NCBI GenBank assembly: GCA_965215005.1
Contig: CBDCCZ010000044.1
Coordinates: 110,522-174,521 of the forward strand
Direction of reading: 5' to 3'
Length of the DNA stretch: 64,000 bases
Origin: Kofleriaceae bacterium
GTDB lineage: Bacteria; Myxococcota_A; Polyangia; Haliangiales; Haliangiaceae
Position numbers and translations under genes: made by a program. Below, in pieces: positions 59,758-64,000 of this stretch; within the stretch, counting starts at the first letter, position 1; the number at the start of each line of letters is the position of its first letter. The notes beneath the pieces are model-generated. The model was given only the letters and a program-made list of their open reading frames with translations. It did not search any database and had not been told where the DNA came from.

Positions 59758-61086
59758 CTACGGCTGTGCGGGCCAGTTGTCACGGGTGAGGTTGATGTTC
59801 CCGCTATCCGTGACAGCAACGTTGTCTTCGATACGAACTCCGCCGAAGGGAACCAGTCGGTCGACCAGCTCCCAGCGGATCAGCGAGCTCGCGGCAGAGG
59901 CGCGTAGCTCGTCGAGCAGCGATGGGATGAAATAACAGCCCGGCTCGATGGTGAACACGTTTCCGGCCTCGACCACGGACGTGGTGCGCAAGAAGCGATT
60001 CTGTGCACGAGGTGCCTTCAGCCTGCAGCCAACATCGTGAACCTGCAGGCCGAGTGAGTGGCCAAGGCCGTGGGGAAAGAACGTGCGCGTCACGCCGCGC
60101 GCGACCAGCTCCTCGGCCGTGGCCTCGGCGATTTCCATGTCGCGGAGAATCTCGCCGAGGTAGCCATGCGCTCGCTCGTGCAGCTCCTCGTAGGCCAAGC
60201 CGGGCGCTAGCTCGCTGCAGAGTCGCTGTTGTGCGGCCGTCACTGCATCGATCAACGCGGCGAAGCGTCGGGCGTCGGCCGAGTTGCCCTTGACCCAGGT
60301 GCGGGTGATGTCGCTGGCGTAGCCGAGATACGAGGCGCCGGCATCGACCAGCAGCGAGTCATCGGTACGTCTGGCCGGCTGGCGTGCGTAAGCGAGGTGA
60401 TGCAAGACGCCGGCGTGAGCGCCGCGCGCGACGATGTTCCGATAGGGAGTCTCGTAGGCGTCTTGCGAGGTGGCCTGGAGATACGTCAGGTGCAGCTCGA
60501 GCTCCGAGGCATCCTCGGCGAGAAACCGCTCGCAAAGTCGCTGATGGCCGAGAGCCGCCCGCCGATTGGCCTCCCCGAGGCAGGTGAGCTCATAGGCGGT
60601 TTTCACGGCGCGAATCTGGTCGAGGCTGGCGAGGAGCGCGGGCGGGTTGGTTGCCTCTGCGGCGGCGCCAACGGCCGCTGCGCGGGCCGGATCGTTGGCG
60701 ATGAAGGCCACCTTGCCGCGCGGCAGGTGCTCGCTGATAGCATCCGGCGCTATCGAGATGACCTCGAAGTGGGCCCAGAAATGCCCGCTTTCGGGCTCTA
60801 CTGGTGAGTCCCAAAAGCTGGCTACGGCGGCGCGAAGAAGCCGCGGCCGCTCTCCCGGCACGATGACGAGGGTGGCCTCGCCTTCGCTCAAGGGAAGCCA
60901 GTGGGCAAACGCGGGCGTTGGCCGCAGCGGCCAGTAATCATCGTCAAAACGAGACTTGATGGTGGCGACACCGCCATCGATGACGAGAGCATCGAAGCGA
61001 TGCTCTGCCAACGCATCTGCATAGCTCCGGGCGAGAGTTTCTAGGTGATGGGCATAGGTCTGCTCGAGCTCGGGAGCCATGGCCAA
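59758..61086 (-). CDS. pepQ: Xaa-Pro dipeptidase (prolidase)
   Basis: FDDDYWP, RAVKTAYE, DAGA..GYASDITRT, FFPHGLGH.LGLQVHDVG, TIEPG.YFI, PFGGVRIED. Confidence 0.93.
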   Translation of the reverse strand: MAMAPELEQTYAHHLETLARSYADALAEHRFDALVIDGGVATIKSRFDDDYWPLRPTPAFAHWLPLSEGEATLVIVPGERPRLLRAAVASFWDSPVEPESGHFWAHFEVISIAPDAISEHLPRGKVAFIANDPARAAAVGAAAEATNPPALLASLDQIRAVKTAYELTCLGEANRRAALGHQRLCERFLAEDASELELHLTYLQATSQDAYETPYRNIVARGAHAGVLHHLAYARQPARRTDDSLLVDAGASYLGYASDITRTWVKGNSADARRFAALIDAVTAAQQRLCSELAPGLAYEELHERAHGYLGEILRDMEIAEATAEELVARGVTRTFFPHGLGHSLGLQVHDVGCRLKAPRAQNRFLRTTSVVEAGNVFTIEPGCYFIPSLLDELRASAASSLIRWELVDRLVPFGGVRIEDNVAVTDSGNINLTRDNWPAQP

Positions 61087-61114
61087 GTTCTTACCATGGG
61101 CGAGCAGCGGCTTA

Positions 61115-62021
61115 TCAGCGCGGGGTGGTGGCGTTGGAAGGGTGCGCGGACGTTGCCGGGGTCGCCGGCGCGGGCTGTTGCGGCGGCGCGGGTTGTTGCG
61201 ACGGCGCGGGTTGTTGCGGCGGCGCGGGCTGTTGCGACGGCGCGGGCTGTTGCGACGGCGCGGGGAGGTGCTCCTCTAAGCCGCGCCAAAAGCTGCGCAG
61301 TTGATGTATCTGTTCCGGAGAGAATCTCCACTCATCGCCACATAGGCGGCCTTCGAGCAGCTGCGCTGCGATCAGCTGGCCAAACACCTCGAGCGGGATC
61401 AACGCGCGCGCCGCGCCATTTACGCCCTCGACTTCTTCAATGGCGTAAGGCTCATCGTCGGCGAGGAAATCGAGATCATTGCAGTTGGCGTAGCGATCCT
61501 CTTTATCTGCTAGCGAGGCACGCATGGTGACAACCAGCCGCTCCGCGGCCACGGGTGCCCCGCGATCTTCAGTGACCACGCCGAAGTCGAGCCGCAGCTC
61601 GCCGGTGTCGCCGGCGGTGGGCACTGCGATACCGCGAATCCCGTAGACCCGGCGCTTCTCGAAGCGATCGTACTCGGCGTAGCTCTCGCCCACGTTGGCA
61701 ACCGGCGCAGGTGCTGTTTCCACCGTCTCTTGCGGTTGTGCCGTGATGGCGGCGGTATAGGAGCCTTCGGACTCTTTGGTGCACGTGGTTTGAAAGCTGT
61801 TTGCGTGATCGACGCAAGTATATGTAGCGAGTACCCCCACACCCGGCGACGCGCCAGCTGCCACTGCCGAGTCGTTGAGCCCGAACTTGATTGATTGGGC
61901 AGTTGTACTCGTTAGCGAAGCGCGGCTTAGGCGTGTGCGAGACGCAGCCAGCCAGCGCGCAGCATGCGACGGCGGCGAGAAGACCGAGGGACGTAGCGAC
62001 AGAGAACGCGGGCGCTTTCAT
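61115..62021 (-). pseudogene. Cys-rich lipoprotein split by a 1-nt frameshift (or sequencing error) at 61834-61838
   Basis: Lipobox LAGC..YNCP..WRVAGCG in one frame continues as VLATYTC.. in the next frame if one G of the G5 run is removed. Confidence 0.65.
61167..61264 (-). repeat. 18-bp tandem repeat x5 plus a partial unit, encoding (S/P)QQPAP
   Basis: GGCGCGGGYTGTTGCGRC units. Confidence 0.92.
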
Positions 62022-62090
62022 GGCTCCGCAGACTTTCATGTTTCGGTCGATTCGTTGAGTCACTACCGGTCATTTTCCGCAGTTTGCCAG

Positions 62091-62738
62091 TTATGACGAG
62101 CGGCTCACCCGCCGTTGCCTCCCTGCGGCCCAGTGGCAGATGGGGCAGGTGGTCGGCTCGTGGCCGCGCGCCGGGCAGTGCTCGCGGCCAAAGTAGATGA
62201 GCTGCAGGTGCAGCGTGTTCCAGCGCTGGCGAGGGAACACCTTCTTGAGGTCGCGCTCGGTCTGCGCCACGTTGCGGGCCTGCGACAGGCGCCAGCGGCC
62301 GGCCAGGCGATGGATGTGCGTGTCGACCGGGAACGCTGGAACTCCGAACGCCTGGGCCATGACCACGCTGGCGGTTTTGTGCCCGACCCCCGGCAGTGCC
62401 TCGAGCGCCGCAAAGCTCGCCGGCACCTGCCCATCGTGCTGCTCGAGGAGCATCCGCGAGAGCGCGTGGATGTTTTTGGCTTTGGCAGGCGCGAGGCCGC
62501 ACGAGCGGATCATCTCGTGGATGTCACTGATTTCGAGCTCCGCCATTGCCGCTGGCGTGTGCGCAGCGGCAAACAGCGTCGGCGTCACCAGGTTGACCCG
62601 CGCGTCGGTGCACTGCGCTGACAGCAGCACCGCAATCAGCAGGGTGTATGGATCGCGATGCTCGAGGGGAATCGGCGGGCTCGGGTAGAGCTCATCGAGA
62701 ATCGTGATGACTCGCTGAGCGGTTTCGGCGCGACGCAT
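62091..62738 (-). CDS. nth: Endonuclease III
   Basis: LLIAVLLSAQCTDARVN, HhH LPGVGHKTA, FPVDTH, C-terminal FGREHCPAR..CPIC Fe-S motif. Confidence 0.96.
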   Translation of the reverse strand: MRRAETAQRVITILDELYPSPPIPLEHRDPYTLLIAVLLSAQCTDARVNLVTPTLFAAAHTPAAMAELEISDIHEMIRSCGLAPAKAKNIHALSRMLLEQHDGQVPASFAALEALPGVGHKTASVVMAQAFGVPAFPVDTHIHRLAGRWRLSQARNVAQTERDLKKVFPRQRWNTLHLQLIYFGREHCPARGHEPTTCPICHWAAGRQRRVSRSS

Positions 62739-62740
62739 GG

Positions 62741-64000
62741 CTAGGGACGATACCGGCGCTCGAGCTCGAGCGCGCGGCGATTCTGCGGATCGACGGCCAA
62801 GGCGCGACGCGCGGCCGCATGCGCGGCGGCGCCGTCGCCGCGTTGATGGTGCACGGTGGCCTCACCGACGAACGCGCGGACATCGCTAGGAGTAAACAGC
62901 TGAGCCTGGTGAAACAGCGCCAACGCTTCCTCGTGGCGATGATCGCGCAGCGCCTCGTTGCCGAGGTGGAAGTAGGCGGGTCCATAGCCCGGATCGACGG
63001 CGAGCAGTCCGCGGTAGGCGCGGCCGATATCGTCGCGTTGATCCAGTCGTCCGCGCGCTGCCGCCCCAGTAGCTGGTAGTAGTCGTGGACGTAGCTGGTG
63101 CAAAGCACGAGCGCCACCAGCAGCGCACTCGCCACTCCGTGCGCCAAAATCGTGCCGCGGTGCGGGCTCGTCATGACGGCGAGGAGCGCCGAGCGCCGCC
63201 ACCAGGACGGCAATGAGCGGTGCTTGCGCCAGCGGCACGAGCAAAACGAGCACGCTCGCGAGAATCACCAACACCAAGCCTGTGGAGCGACGCACGGGCC
63301 GCGCAACCAGCATCGCCATGCGCGCACGCGCTGTTGACCCGAGCCGGGCCATCGCTGCGATCCACGATTCGGGCACGAGCAAGAGATACAGCGCGAGCAT
63401 GAAGTAGCTAAACAGGCCGATGCGAAAGCCGCTGAGCTCGACGCCGAGGTGAAAGCCAACTCCCAACAGCAGCGCCACCAGCCACGCCCGTCGCAGCTGG
63501 AGCAGCACCGCCAACGCGAGCTCGATAGCCACGATGAAGCGCGCCACCCACGCAAACCCAATGCGCGCAATCTGCTCGCGCGCAAACCCTTCGCCCAGCT
63601 GCGCGGCGAGCACGGTGCCGTCGAGCCAAGCGCCATCGAGCTTGGCGATGGCCGCCCACGCATACACCAGCGAGAGCTGCACCAGGAGCAGGCGCCAGGG
63701 CCACAGTGCGGCTCGCGGGGCATCGTCCTTGCCACGGCGCCAGCGATAGCAGCACCAGGAGCAGGGCGAGGAGATAATGATGCTGATAGGAATCGAGCTG
63801 GCTGCTGAAGTAGACCACGGCATAGATGCCAGCGAGCATTCGTATCGAGCCAGAAATTCGGCTCCCGAGTGCGATGCGAACGCCGAGAAACGAGCCCGTC
63901 GCGAGCAGCACGACCCACAGCGCGCGGCTTGGCATGAAGAGGCCATCGAGCCACGGCAGGTGCGACAGGTTGAAGTTGCCAGCGCCGTAGCGCGGCGCAT
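62741..64000 (-). pseudogene. HTTM-domain (vitamin K-dependent carboxylase-like) plus TPR protein; 5' truncated and broken by several frameshifts
   Basis: YFSSQLDSYQHHYL in one frame, QLSLVYAWAAIAKLD..WLDG and FH...FRIGLFSYFM in another, TPR C-terminus; frame switches near 63730, 63190 and 63060. Confidence 0.7.

Overview
GC-rich bacterial chromosomal DNA, almost certainly Myxococcota. The evidence is an aglR-aglQ-aglS-type gliding motor operon, a MYXO-CTERM protease with myxobacterial Cys-rich repeats, a zinc-ribbon/GYF/TPR protein and a Ser/Thr kinase-STAND ATPase. About 50 CDS and a tRNA-Pro/Arg/His cluster behind rph-rdgB are present. Recognisable loci include acr3-arsC with an ArsR-type operator, a solitary N6-adenine methyltransferase, pseC-pseB-pseG, a fatty-acid cis/trans isomerase homologue, an isolated flagellar-type MotA/MotB (PomA/B-like) pair, a TerB-PPP phosphatase fusion, two SPFH proteins, a triple FKBP, pepQ and nth. 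The most unusual signals are non-coding. (1) A small structured interspersed element occurs three times (146, 146 and 99 bp). Each copy has its own CTNG 4-bp direct repeat and covarying GNRA hairpins but no terminal inverted repeats, and one copy is inserted in frame (+50 codons) inside the signal peptide of the cis/trans isomerase. (2) A ~0.8 kb modular palindromic array lies between convergent genes at 56.6-57.4 kb. The last ~2.2 kb contain several indels that look like assembly errors. All protein family calls come from motif recognition by eye; no database searches were run.
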